From Eledone cirrhosa (lineage: Eukaryota), in contig OZ024743.1 of NCBI GenBank assembly GCA_964016885.1, positions 279,062,001 to 279,126,000 of the forward strand: a stretch of 64,000 nucleotides of DNA, in the 5' to 3' direction. The notes beneath the pieces were generated by a model. It saw only the letters and a program-made list of their open reading frames with translations, did no database searches and was not told the DNA's origin. This document shows, piece by piece, positions 39,944-51,300 of the stretch. Every line of letters begins with the position of its first letter. Positions within the stretch are counted from its first letter, which is position 1. The position numbers and the translations under genes were made by a program.

Positions 39944-42900
39944 GCCACACAAGGGCCAAGTGGGATGGCGGATCCACAGATGGCTATGTAAACATACATT
40001 CGCCAATCCTCGATAAGAGTGTTTAAATATCGAACATAAACAGTTCGAGTAACGGTGAAATGGAGACTAGAACGTCATGTGACAGACTCTCACCCAACAG
40101 GTGCCCCCTGGCTCAGCAGCAGGAACCTGACTGTCAACCAAATACTGCTGATGTTGGAGGAAGAAGAAGAAGGAAAGGGGCCAGAACCAACTGGACGAAA
40201 GAATTGAATAGAACTGTTATGCAATGCTACCTGAAAAGTAACCCCAAGGAGAGGGGCTGCAGGAGACGGATGCATAACATCTGTCACGAGATTGGTTTAT
40301 TTAAATTAGATGAACAAAAATTGGCCGGGCAGGCTCGGGTAATAAGAACTAATGGGTGGATAAGCGAGCTGGAACTGGAGGAACTGAGCAGAGAGAATGG
40401 CTTGGAGATGGCGGGTGTAGTATGCCAGACAAGCGAGCCGGCGGGAAATGAAGGTGAGGAGGTCCTGAGAACGGAGGAACCACCCGAAGCAGACAATGAT
40501 CTGAATACTGAGATAAATAATACCTGGAACAGAGATACGGCCACTGAGGAGATGAATGCTGACGGGCTAGGACAAGATTCGGTTGACATCCTAAATTTAG
40601 TGGTAGATGAGTTGAACAATGATAGTGGGAGACCTATGAACCTAAGATTTGTAGACAGGAAAAAGTTAAAAGAAACAACAGCTAAGGTAAACAAAGTCAT
40701 CCCATACCTTGAGGCGGGGAGTCTTCACCAGTGCAACAATATCCTCAAAGCAACAGCAAATACGGTGAGGAAACTACTTGGTATAAAAGCGAGAGGAAAC
40801 AACAGACAAGAAAGAGCAGAGCCGTGGTGGAAGAAGCGACTGAGTGGGCAAATCGGGGAAATGAGAAATGACATAGGAAAGCTTGAGTCACTACTGAATG
40901 GGACACTAAAAAACATAGGCACTAAAAATAGACTGGAAATAAAATACAAAACTAGGAGTAAAAAGCTAAATATTATCATAGAGGAATTGAAGCAACGCAT
41001 TGTAGCAAAGAGTGCCAAAATCAGGCGATACGAGAACAGAGTCAGTCAGTATAAACAGAACCGCATGTTCGACAACAACCAGAAGATGCTGTTTGGACAG
41101 CTTGAGGGGAAAGAAAGAGGCAACGACTTGATCCCTGGGGCGGAACAAGCTAAAACATTCTGGAGAGGAATATGGGAGCAGGATGTTAGACACAATGCCC
41201 AGGCAGGGTGGATTGAGACAGTACAGAGGGAGATCGGTGAGCAGGCACAGCAACAGACTGATTTGAGTATCACAGTTGAAACTCTTAAGGGGCAAGCCAA
41301 AAAACTAACCAACTGGAAATCACCAGGCCCAGATGGTGTGCAGGGGTATTGGATTAAACATTTAACATCCCTCCACCCGAAGCTGACGGCCATGTTCAAT
41401 GACTGCTTGGTGTCGGGTGAGGTGCCAGAGTGGTTGACAAAAGGTACCACAGTTCTGATAATGAAAGACCGAATCAAGGGTAATGATGTTACCAACTATA
41501 GACCTATCACATGTCTGCCCGTAATGTGGAAACTGTTGACGAGCATTGTGTCTGAGGAAATCTACCATCACCTCCACACAAACAACTTGTTGCCGGACGA
41601 ACAGAAAGGATGCCGAAAGAAGTCACGTGGTACAAAGGACCAGTTGCTTATTGATAAGATGGTAATGGGGAATTGCAGGAGGAGACACACTGATCTTGCC
41701 ATGGGATGGATAGACTACAGAAAGGCATTTGACATGGTGCCTCATTCCTGGATCACCAAAAGCCTGGAGATCTTCAGGGTGGCAGATAACATCAGACAGT
41801 TGCTGGGCAGGAGTATGGGGTCCTGGGAGACAGAGTTGACATCAACTGGAGTATCCTTGGGAAGCGTGAAGATCAAGAGAGGTATCTTCCAGGGAGATAG
41901 CCTGTCCCCTCTGTTGTTTGTCCTTGCCCTGATGCCCTTGACCATTATGCTGCGAAAGGTGAGAGCAGGATACAAGTTGGGAAGGGGAGAGCTTACCATC
42001 AATCACCTCCTCTTCATGGACGATCTTAAGCTCTTCGGGAAAAGTGAGAAGGAGTTGGATGTGCTTGTTGACACTGTTCGTATTTTCAGCAGTGATATAT
42101 GTATGCAGTTTGGTATTGGTAAATGTGGAGTCATTGTGATGAGGAGGGGTAGGTTGAGCAGAAGTAACGGGATCCAGATACCAACAGGTGAGATGATAAA
42201 GGAAATTGACTCTGAGGAAGGATACAAGTATTTGGGCGTTCTGGAGGCTGATGGCATAAAGAACAAAAAAATGAAGGAATTGTTAAGAACTGAATACATT
42301 CGGAGAGTAAGGAGCGTATTGAAGTCACATCTGAACAGCAGAAATGCCATAAGCGCAGTAAATTCCCGAGCTGTGTCTATTATTAGGTACAGTGCGGGAA
42401 TTCTGAGATGGAATGTTGCTGAACAAAAAGAAATGGATAGGAAGACTAGGAAGCTATTGACTATCTACAACATGTTCCACAAGAGGAGTGATGTCGATAG
42501 ACTCTACCTAAGGAGATCTGAGGGTGGAAGAGGTCTTATCAGCATAGAGGACTGTGTTCAGATGGAGAAAAACAACCTATACAAATACGTGACCTATAGT
42601 AAGGAGCCAATGCTCAGAGCTGTACTGAAGGAGGGGACAGTAGGCCAGGGGATACCCAAGGAGGAAATAACATCAAGGAGGAAGAGCAGCCTTAAGGGAA
42701 AATCCCTTCATAGTACCTTCTTTGAGAAAACTGAATTTAGAGATCCACAGACATGGAACTGGTTGAGAAGAGGAGACCTCAAAAAGGCTACAGAAGGAAT
42801 GCTAATGGCTGCGCAGGAGCAGGCCCTCAAAACGAAGTGGTTGAAGCACCATATCTACAAGGAGGAGGCTAGCCCACTGTGCAGGATCTGTGGAGAGAGA

Positions 42901-43559
42901 GAGGAGACTGTGGCTCACATTGTGTCCGAGTGTAAACACCTAGCCCAGACCCACTATAAGGGCTGGAGACACGATGTGATGGGCAGGGTGATCCACTGGC
43001 ACCTGTGCAAAGTAAACAATCTACCACATTCTGAGAAATGGTATGAGCATAGGCCAGAGGCGGTGATGGAGAACAGTCAGGTGAAGGTGCTGTGGGATTT
43101 TAGGATACAGACGGACAAAAAACTGGAACACAATAGACCTGACCTGGTGGTTGTGGACAAAGAAAAAAGATCGTGCCTGATTGTGGATGTGGCCTGCCCG
43201 TTCGACACGAGAGTGCAAGAGAAGGAGAGGGAGAAAATTAACCGATACCAGGACCTAAAGTGGGAGGTGAAAAGGATTTGGAACTGCCATGAAGTCAAAG
43301 TGATCCCGATTGTCATAGGCGCACTGGGGACTATCTCCAAAGGTTTCCAGGGATGGTTAAAGAAAATCGGCCCCTTCACGCTTTTTGGAACGCTTCAAAA
43401 GGCATGCTTGCTTGGAACGGCAAGAACCCTCCGATACGTCCTGAATATCTGAGGCTGCAGGTAGTGGCTTGATATTCAATCCAACGGACTTTCCAGTTAA
43501 CCAACATCAATGACTGAGATTCAAGGAATAACAATAACAATAATAATAATAATAATAAT
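39944..43559 (+). mobile_element. Apparently full-length Dong/R4-clade non-LTR retrotransposon (copy 1) with (TAA)n tail
   Basis: Single ORF, ~75-nt 3'UTR, then taacaataacaataataat. The 5' boundary is tentative (after tgataat). Confidence 0.9.
40060..43452 (+). CDS. Dong/R4 polyprotein: RT, CCHC knuckle and restriction-like endonuclease, 1130 aa, uninterrupted
   Basis: RT motifs KSPGPDG, YRPITCL, IDYRKAFD, GIFQGDSLSP, LFMDD, YKYLG. Knuckle CRIC..ETVAHIVSEC, then RHD. Endonuclease RPDLVVVD..IVDVACP..K..RY. Confidence 0.95.
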   Translation: METRTSCDRLSPNRCPLAQQQEPDCQPNTADVGGRRRRKGARTNWTKELNRTVMQCYLKSNPKERGCRRRMHNICHEIGLFKLDEQKLAGQARVIRTNGWISELELEELSRENGLEMAGVVCQTSEPAGNEGEEVLRTEEPPEADNDLNTEINNTWNRDTATEEMNADGLGQDSVDILNLVVDELNNDSGRPMNLRFVDRKKLKETTAKVNKVIPYLEAGSLHQCNNILKATANTVRKLLGIKARGNNRQERAEPWWKKRLSGQIGEMRNDIGKLESLLNGTLKNIGTKNRLEIKYKTRSKKLNIIIEELKQRIVAKSAKIRRYENRVSQYKQNRMFDNNQKMLFGQLEGKERGNDLIPGAEQAKTFWRGIWEQDVRHNAQAGWIETVQREIGEQAQQQTDLSITVETLKGQAKKLTNWKSPGPDGVQGYWIKHLTSLHPKLTAMFNDCLVSGEVPEWLTKGTTVLIMKDRIKGNDVTNYRPITCLPVMWKLLTSIVSEEIYHHLHTNNLLPDEQKGCRKKSRGTKDQLLIDKMVMGNCRRRHTDLAMGWIDYRKAFDMVPHSWITKSLEIFRVADNIRQLLGRSMGSWETELTSTGVSLGSVKIKRGIFQGDSLSPLLFVLALMPLTIMLRKVRAGYKLGRGELTINHLLFMDDLKLFGKSEKELDVLVDTVRIFSSDICMQFGIGKCGVIVMRRGRLSRSNGIQIPTGEMIKEIDSEEGYKYLGVLEADGIKNKKMKELLRTEYIRRVRSVLKSHLNSRNAISAVNSRAVSIIRYSAGILRWNVAEQKEMDRKTRKLLTIYNMFHKRSDVDRLYLRRSEGGRGLISIEDCVQMEKNNLYKYVTYSKEPMLRAVLKEGTVGQGIPKEEITSRRKSSLKGKSLHSTFFEKTEFRDPQTWNWLRRGDLKKATEGMLMAAQEQALKTKWLKHHIYKEEASPLCRICGEREETVAHIVSECKHLAQTHYKGWRHDVMGRVIHWHLCKVNNLPHSEKWYEHRPEAVMENSQVKVLWDFRIQTDKKLEHNRPDLVVVDKEKRSCLIVDVACPFDTRVQEKEREKINRYQDLKWEVKRIWNCHEVKVIPIVIGALGTISKGFQGWLKKIGPFTLFGTLQKACLLGTARTLRYVLNI

Positions 43560-44056
43560 TTCTGATAAATGGTATGAGCATAAGCCAGAGGCGGTGATGG
43601 AGAACGATCAGGTGAAGGTGCTGTGGGATTTTAGGATACAGACGGACAAGAAACTGGAACACAATAGACCTGACCTGGTGGTTGTGGACAAAGAAAAAAG
43701 ATCGTGTCTGATTGTGGATGTGGCCTGCCCATTCGACACGAGAGTGCAAGAGAAGGAGAGGGAGAAAATTAACCGATACCAGGACCTAAAGTGGGAGGTA
43801 AAAAGGATTTGGAACTGCCATGAATTCAAAGTGATCCCGATTGTCATAGGCGGACTGGGGACTATCTCCAAAAGTTTCCAGGGATGGTTAAAGAAAATCG
43901 GCCCCTTCACGCTTTTTGGAACGCTTCAAAAGGCATGCTTGCTGGGAACAGCAAGAACCCTCCGATACGTCCTGAATATCTGAGGCTGCAGGTAGTGGCT
44001 TGATATTCATTCCAACGGACTTTCCAGTTAACTAACATCAATGACTGAGATTCAAG

Positions 44057-44105
<49 letters not shown>
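43560..44105 (+). mobile_element. 5'-truncated Dong/R4 copy 2 with (TAA)n tail
   Basis: Near-identical to 43029-43528. Confidence 0.93.
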
Positions 44106-44106
<1 letters not shown>

Positions 44107-44146
44107 TTTTCTTTATTAACCACAAGGGTTCACATAAAGTTCACAT
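44106..44146 (-). mobile_element. ~40-bp 3' stub of the Tx1-B family
   Basis: tttctttattaaccacaagggtt.acataaagt matches the Tx1-B 3' end at 44411-44443. Confidence 0.8.
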
Positions 44147-44172
44147 AATAATAGTAATAATAATAATAATAA

Positions 44173-44408
44173 GGCGCACTGGGGACTATCTCCAAAAGGT
44201 TCCAGGGATGGTTAAAGAAAATCGGCCCCTTCACGCTTTTTGGAACGCTTCAAAAGGCATGCTTGCTTGGAACAGCAAGAACCCTCCGATACGTCCTGAA
44301 TATCTGAGGCTGCAGGTAGTGGCTTGATATTCATTCCAACGGACTTTCCAGTTAACCAACATCAATGACTGAGATTCAAGGAATAACAACAATAATAATA
44401 ATAATAAT
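44173..44408 (+). mobile_element. 5'-truncated Dong/R4 copy 3 with tail
   Basis: Near-identical to 43318-43528. Confidence 0.93.
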
Positions 44409-44409
44409 G

Positions 44410-47400
44410 ATTTCTTTATTAACCACAAGGGTTTACATAAAGTAGACATTAAGGACAGTGCAACAGTGCAGGACAATGCAGGACGGTACAAATGGGCATT
44501 TCTGCGTGTAAAAAACAAAAACAGAGGATGTAACAAAAAATAACAATGAAAAATTCCCCAATAGGGGGGAGACTTCGGAGGGACATTTGTGGAGAAAGCA
44601 CAGTAAAAGGCCACAATGACCCTGACCCCCAAGGCAAATACCCTCTCCCAGTTTTCCACCTTTAATTTACAGATATATACTCAGAGTAGGCCCATTCACT
44701 CGGGCCATTCTTGCTTCTCTCACCCATCTTTCAACAAAATGCTGGGAAGAGAGCACTTCCCTCTCTACTCTGATTTTCCTTTTCAAATGAAATTTGAAAA
44801 AGTCAATCAGAGCATCACCGAAGAGGTAAGTGCTCGTCTTCAGCCCTTTCAAACGTGTCCACCATACTATCTCTTTCGCCATGGCCACCAGACAGATAAA
44901 AACTGCCTGCCCTTCCCGGCTAAAGGAGGAGGGCGGGGCAATCCTCACGATGGACTCAGATGATAGTCGGATCCGTCCTAAACGCGACAGCAGGTGTTCG
45001 ACATAAACCCACAAGTCAGCAATTTTCGGACACTGGACGAGTGCGTGCAGGACGGTTTCGTCGCCCTGCGCGCATCTCGGACATGCCCGGCTGACGGTAC
45101 CTCCATGCCTGTAGAGTTTATCCCGAACTGGCAAGGCTCCTCGGTAGCACTGCCAGGCCAGAGATTTCTGGAAGTTGTCCATAGGCCCTGGCCCGAAAGT
45201 TCTTCCGAAGAGATTGGCTAGATGATTTTCGTCGACGCCTAGAGTTTCCCCAAGTACGTCGTCGCTCTTCCCCTCCACTAATCCTCTATAGAACGCCGAG
45301 GTGGAGTTTTCACCGATCACATTGCCCGATTGGTCGAGGGCTGTGAGCGCCTGAAGAGATTCCAGTCTCCGGGCGCTCCCTCTCGGTCTTCGCTTGACCC
45401 AGGACTGCAGCTCCGTCAAGGAAACGAGCTGGGGAAATACGTGTCTAGCAAACGGCGACCACACCTGATCACCGTCGAGGAAGAGGTGGAGATGTCGTAG
45501 CCTGAGCGCGTGCCTGCGCATAATCAGCCACGGCATGCCCAGCCCTCCACGTAGCGGGTGTTGACAACAGATGGACCGCCTGACCATCGGAGCGCGTCCC
45601 TTCCACAAAAAGCGAAAGAGCAAATGCTCCAGCGCAGTCAGGCGAGGCTTAGGACAAGGTACGACGGTCAGGCGGTAGCAGATGACAGACGCGATGTACG
45701 CGTTAGCCACCTCCGCTCGACCTTTCAGGGATAGCTTCCTCTCGGCCCATTTCTGGGTGAGAGAAGCCACCCTGCTCGTCACCTCGTCCCAGTTTTTGTC
45801 TGTCTGGAGGTCCGGACCGAACCAGACCCCTAGTAATTTAACCGGTCCGTCCGTCCAGCGTCCGACGACGCTGTTGGACGGCATGGACCTGCCTCTCCAG
45901 GTGCCGAGCTGCAGGCCCACTGACTTTTCCTGGTTGATCATTGCTCCTGTCACCGCTTCGTATTCTCTTAGTGTAGTGCCAATCGCCTCGATGTGTTTGG
46001 CGTTCGACACCACTACGGTGACATCGTCCGCATATGGTGACACGGATCTTCCGCATCCTAGTTCGCGCGGGGTGCCCCTCAACGTCTCCAGTTTGTGCAG
46101 TAATGGCTCGAGAGTCAATACGTACAAGAGGGACGAGAGGGGACATCCTTGGCGGACCGAGCGCATGATGTTGAACGGTTCCGACAGGTGACCGTTCACT
46201 CTCACCACAGAGCAGATGTCGCTGTGAATGGCAGCTATCCAGCCTCTGAAGACGGGCCCAAAGCCAGCCGCCACCAGGACTGCCGCTAGGTAACGATGGT
46301 CGACCCTATCGAAAGCTTTCGACTGATCTAAATTGATCAAGGACCCACCCGTGCCAGGTTCCCTAGCTACCCTCTCTACGATGTACCGCATGAGGTGGAG
46401 GTTGTCGTGGATGGATCTGTCGGGAATGGCGCATGTCTGCGCCTCTCCCACCAGACCACCAACGACAAGCGCCAACCTCTTTGCTAGCACCTTGGCCAAA
46501 ATCTTGAACTCTGTGTTTAGCAGAGTTATGGGCCGGAAATTATCTATGTTATCCCCCTTGTTCGGATCCTTTCTCAGCAGTGCCACCGCTCCTCGGCTCA
46601 CAGAACTGGGAATTCTCCCGTTCTGTTGTCAGTTGCAGTAGACGTCCGCCAAGAGGCCTCCGAACAAGTCTGGCATCTGTACGTAAAGTTCATAGGGCAG
46701 ACCATCCAAACCAGGCGATTTACCCCTTGTGCAGCCAGTCATTGCCTCCCGTACTTCAGCGGCTGTTATCGGCTTTTCGCAACAGTTCGCCTCAGTGGCC
46801 GAGAGCCGCGGCAGTCCGTCGAGGTAGACACTAAAGTCCATCCCTCTACCCGGCCCCCCGCTGCCCCCGAACAGCTGAGCGAAGTGTCGCTGAAAAGCTT
46901 CACACATTTGCCCGGGATCGAGTAGCATGCGCCCGTCGTGGTCCACCAAAGACCGGATCGTGGCTTTGTTGCCACGACGCGCCTCCGCCACTCGGGCTCA
47001 TTGAACGGCTTTCGTCCCCTCATGTCTGAGAGCACGCACCCTTGCTCTGACAACGCAGCCTTCGTGCTTTGCATTGAAGAATTGGTCAAGGGCCAATTTC
47101 GCCGCAAGCACGTCGGTCGCAATGCCTTTGCTAAGCGCCAAGTCTAATTTTTCTAACTAGTTCTCCCTCTGCTCTATTTTTCTCTATTGCTAAAGCCTTA
47201 CTAAACCTAATGGATTCTATTCTAATCGCTCTTTTCAGAGCAAACCACCACTTGTTGTTGACGATGGCTCCCGTCAACGCCCGCTTAACTAGTTCGCTAA
47301 TCCGGTCTCTTGTAGGCCTTGCGCGCTGATACGGACGCGTTTAGCTTCCAGTAGCCGGGTCCTCGTCTATGAAGCCTATCTAAGTCAAGCACACTGATCA

Positions 47401-49224
47401 CGAATTTGTGGTCCGTGTAGCTGACTATTTTGAATTGTGGACAGCCTATGCTAGACCTATCTATTTCTCTACAAAATACTCTATCTAGATATGATCTGGA
47501 TGACCCTATGCGATTTGTCCAAGTCCATATTGGCACATTCGGGAAATCCAATCGGTACCTGTCAGACAGTTCAAAACGCCTGAGCAGGTTGGTGAGGCTC
47601 TTGCACCCTCCACCCCTATCCGCTAATCCCACACAGTCCCAGCGTGCATCTAAGATCCCGTTCCAGTCGCCCACTAACACTTAAGAGCGGGACGTTCCAA
47701 GAAAGGTCTCCAGACGCCGGAAGAAATCAGGCCGCCCTGCTCCTGTTGGGGAATAGACGGCCACTAGCCTGAAAGCTTGCCCGTCTCCGCTGGTCACGTC
47801 CAGCACCACCAACTTACCCTCTGGGTCCAGGAAGATGGGCCGTATGGCGAGATCCAAACCTCTCCGAAAAAGCACCGCAACTCCACCCACGATCCAGGAC
47901 GGCTGGGAGATGCGTACAAATCGTAGCCGCCGAAGATCGGTGCGAAGGCCCGTGCTTCGGAGATTCTGGTCTCGCTGATGGCCACTACATCTATGTTTAG
48001 TGACCTGAGGTCGTTGAGCAGGTGACCCTGCTTCCATGACGACCCCAGGCCACGCGCATTTATGCTGCCTATTCTGAGTGAGGTCATGTTTAAAATAGAG
48101 TGGAAAAGATGGGAAAGACCACTTACCGTACTTTTCGTAGAGGAGGGATGGTTTTTACATCCCTTTTCACTTGAATCGTCCCTTCGGCTGGTCATCGGCT
48201 CTTCTATGAGTATGTCCGAATATACTCTTCGGTAGATAGTTCCTCCTAGGTCTCTGAAATCACCAACTGCGTTGGGGAATTTCGTTTTAATGTTTGTGTA
48301 TTGCTTCTGCGCTATTTTTAGCAGTCTTATGTTAGTTGGCGTTTTGATTGGTGCTGGTATTATGTAGTCGTGTTGTGAAATGTCTGTGTGTTCAATTATG
48401 TAAGTCATTAGTTTCTTGTTGTGTGTATTTACTGCCGTGCATTTTTTTTTCTGGGGGTGGGGTGTGGTTCTGCTATTTTCTTGTCGTTTTTGCTGGGTGT
48501 GTGTGTTTTGTTGTTGTGTTTGCGATGTTGGTGCTTGTGGTGGTGGTGTTGAAGGTGTTGTTGTTGTTGGCGGTGGGGTTGTCGCCGGTGGTGATGGTGG
48601 TGCTAGTGTGGCTGGTGATGGTGTTGGTGGTGTTGCTGCTGTGAGTCTCTTTGCAGTAGACTTTACCCTTTTTTCATCTCTTTCCTCCCTTTTCAAAGGC
48701 GACGATGCGCTGCTTCTGCGTTTGTGCCTTCTTACGACCTTTTGCCATCCCTCTCCCAGCTCACACTCCATGTCTGATTCTGTGAGGTCGGGGAGGGGTA
48801 CCAGCTCCACTCTTTCACTTGTTGTTGTTGGTGATGTTTGCACTGAAGTCTCTGTTGCTGTTGTTGTTATTGTTAATACTTCCACTGCTGCTGCTGTTTT
48901 GATTTCCGTGGCGTGGGTATGGGTGCCACGGACCTATCGTTCCTGGTTGCCGCTTGTCCTGTTGCTGGTTGCCGTGGAGCCGGTTTCGGAAGGAGGGGGT
49001 TTTCTCCTTTCTCAGTGTCTTCTCGTTGCAGAAGGCCCTGAGGTGAGTCTTCGATCCACAGCGAAAGCATTTCGGGCGTTTTCCCTCAACACTTATGGGC
49101 AGTTGAGTGCCGTTATCGAAGTCTATCACATCCGCGATAGCTTCGATGCACTCCTGGTTGGTTTGGATTAACATCTCAATGGAGGTGCCGACCCAATCTT
49201 ATCTTACTTTTTTCAGTGCGGCCA
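44410..49224 (-). mobile_element. Tx1-B element, 3' part (ORF1 C-half, ORF2, 3'UTR) inserted in (TTA)n
   Basis: Knuckle CFRCGSKTHLRAFC, APE and RT motifs. The end AATAAAGAAA is followed by (TTA)n on the minus strand. Confidence 0.93.
44667..48087 (-). pseudogene. Tx1-B ORF2 (APE, RT, zinc-binding motif) with stops and frameshifts
   Basis: MTSLRIGSINARGL, GDWNGILD, TDHK, GPGYWKLN, RQGCPLS, PYADD, CPRC..HALVQC. Fragmented over several ORFs. Confidence 0.92.
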
Positions 49225-50852
49225 GCATACATATATCATTGCTGAAAATACGGACAGTGTCAACAAGTACATCCAACACCTTCTCACTCTTCCCAAAGAG
49301 TTTAAGATCGTCCATGAAGAGGAGTGGTTGATGGTAAGCTCTCCCTTTCCCAACTTGTATCCTGCTCTCACTTTTCGCAGTATAACGGTCAGGAGGATCA
49401 GGGCAAGGACAAACCGCAGAGGGGACAAACTATCTCCCTGGAAGATACCTACCTTGATTTTCACGCCTCACAAGGATTCTCCACCCGATTTTAACTCTGT
49501 TTCCCAGGACTTCATACTTTTGCTCAACAAATGTCTGATGTTATCTGCCACCTTTAAGATCTCTAGGCTTTTGGTTATCCAAGAATGAGGTACTATGTCG
49601 AATGCCTTTTTGTAATCTATCCATCCCATGGCAAGACCAGTGTGCCTCCTCTTGCAATTCCTCATTACCATCTCATCAATAAGTAACTGGTCTTTTTCAT
49701 CACGAGACTTCTTTGGGCATCCTTTCTGTTCGTCCGGTAGCAAGTTGTTTATGTGGAGTTGATGGTAGATTTCCTCAGAAAACAATGCGTGTTAAAAGTT
49801 TCCACATTACGGACAGACATGTGATGGGCCTATAGTTGGTAACATCATTACCCTTGATTCGGTCTTTCATTACCAGAACTGTGGTAGCTTTTGTCAACCA
49901 CTCTGGTACTTCACCCGACATCAAGCAGTCATTGAACTTGGTTGTCAGTTTCGGGTGGAGGGATGTTATGTTTTTAATCCAATACCCTTGCACAGCATCT
50001 GGGCCTGTGATACTCAAATCAGGTTGTTGGTGTGCCTGTTGGTGAACTGTTTCAATCCACACTGCCTGACCATTATGTTCAACATCCTGCTCTCATATTA
50101 CTCTCCAGAATGCCTGAGTCTGTTCCGCCTCAGGGATCACGTCGTTGCCTCTTTCTTTCCCTTCAAGCTGTTCAAACATCTTCTGGTTGTTGTCAAACAT
50201 GCGGTTCTGTCTATATTGACTGATTCTGTTCTCATACCGCCTAATATTTTCACTTTTTGCTACAATGCGTTGCTTCAGTTCCTCTATGATAATATTTAGC
50301 TTTTTTCTCCTGGTTTTGTATTTTATTTCCAATCTATCTTTAGTGTCTATGTTTTGTAATGTCCCATTCAGTAAGGACTCAAGCTTGTTTGTTGTTTCCT
50401 CTCGTTTTTATGCTAAGTAATTTCCTCATCGCATTTGCGGTTGCTTTGAGGATGTTGTTGTATTAGTGAAGGTTCCTCGCCTCAAGGTAGGGGATGACTT
50501 TGTTTACCTTAGCTGTTGATTCTTTTAACTTTTTTCTGTCTACAAGTCTTAGGTTCACAGGTTTTCCACTATCATTGTTCATTTCATCTACCACTAAGTT
50601 CAGGATATCAACCAAATCTTGTCCTAGCCGTCAGCATTCATTTCCTCAATGGCCGTATCTTTGTTCCAGATGTTATTTATTTCAGCATTCAGATCATTGT
50701 CTGCTTCGGATGCTTCCTCAGGTCTCTCAACCTCTTCACCTACATTTCCCACTGGCGCGTTTGCCTGACATACTCCACTCTCCATTTCCAACTTAATCTC
50801 TCTGCTCACTTCCTCCAGTTCCAACTCGCTTATCCATCCATTGGTTCTTATA
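49225..50852 (-). mobile_element. Dong/R4 copy 5, 5' portion (inverted, decayed)
   Basis: Reverse complement aligns to 40342-42106 of copy 1 with deletions and stops. Confidence 0.9.
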
Positions 50853-50867
50853 ATAATAATAATAATA

Positions 50868-50906
<39 letters not shown>

Positions 50907-51275
50907 GTTGTTATTACTCTTTGAGTCTCAGTCATTGATGTTAGTTAACTGGAAAGTTTGTTGAAATGAATATCAAGCCACTACCTGCAGCCTCAGATAT
51001 TCAGGACGTATCGGAGGGTTCTTGCTGTTCCCAGCAAGCATGTCTTTTGAAGCGTTCCAAAAAGCGTGAAGGGGCCAATTTTCCTGGAAACGTTTTGAGA
51101 TAGTCCCTAGTGCGCCTATGACAATCGGGATCACTTTGACTTCATGGAAGTTCCAAATCCTTTTTACCACCCACTTTAAGTCCTGGTATCGATTAATTTT
51201 CTCCCTCTCCTTCTCTTGCACTCTCGTGTCGAACGGGCAGGCCACATCCACAACCAGGCACGATCTTTTTTCTTT
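50853..51275 (-). mobile_element. Dong/R4 copy 4 (3' ~360 bp plus (TAA)n tail), inside the inversion
   Basis: DVACPFDTRVQEKEREK.. and the family 3'UTR on the minus strand. Confidence 0.9.
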
Positions 51276-51300
51276 TAATATTATTATTATTATTATTATT

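Noticed and set aside
47794-48885. Programmed ORF1-ORF2 in-frame fusion in Tx1-B
   Set aside because: This copy has several frameshifts, and Tx1-A has a TAA in the ORF2 frame at the homologous motif. Probably copy-specific.
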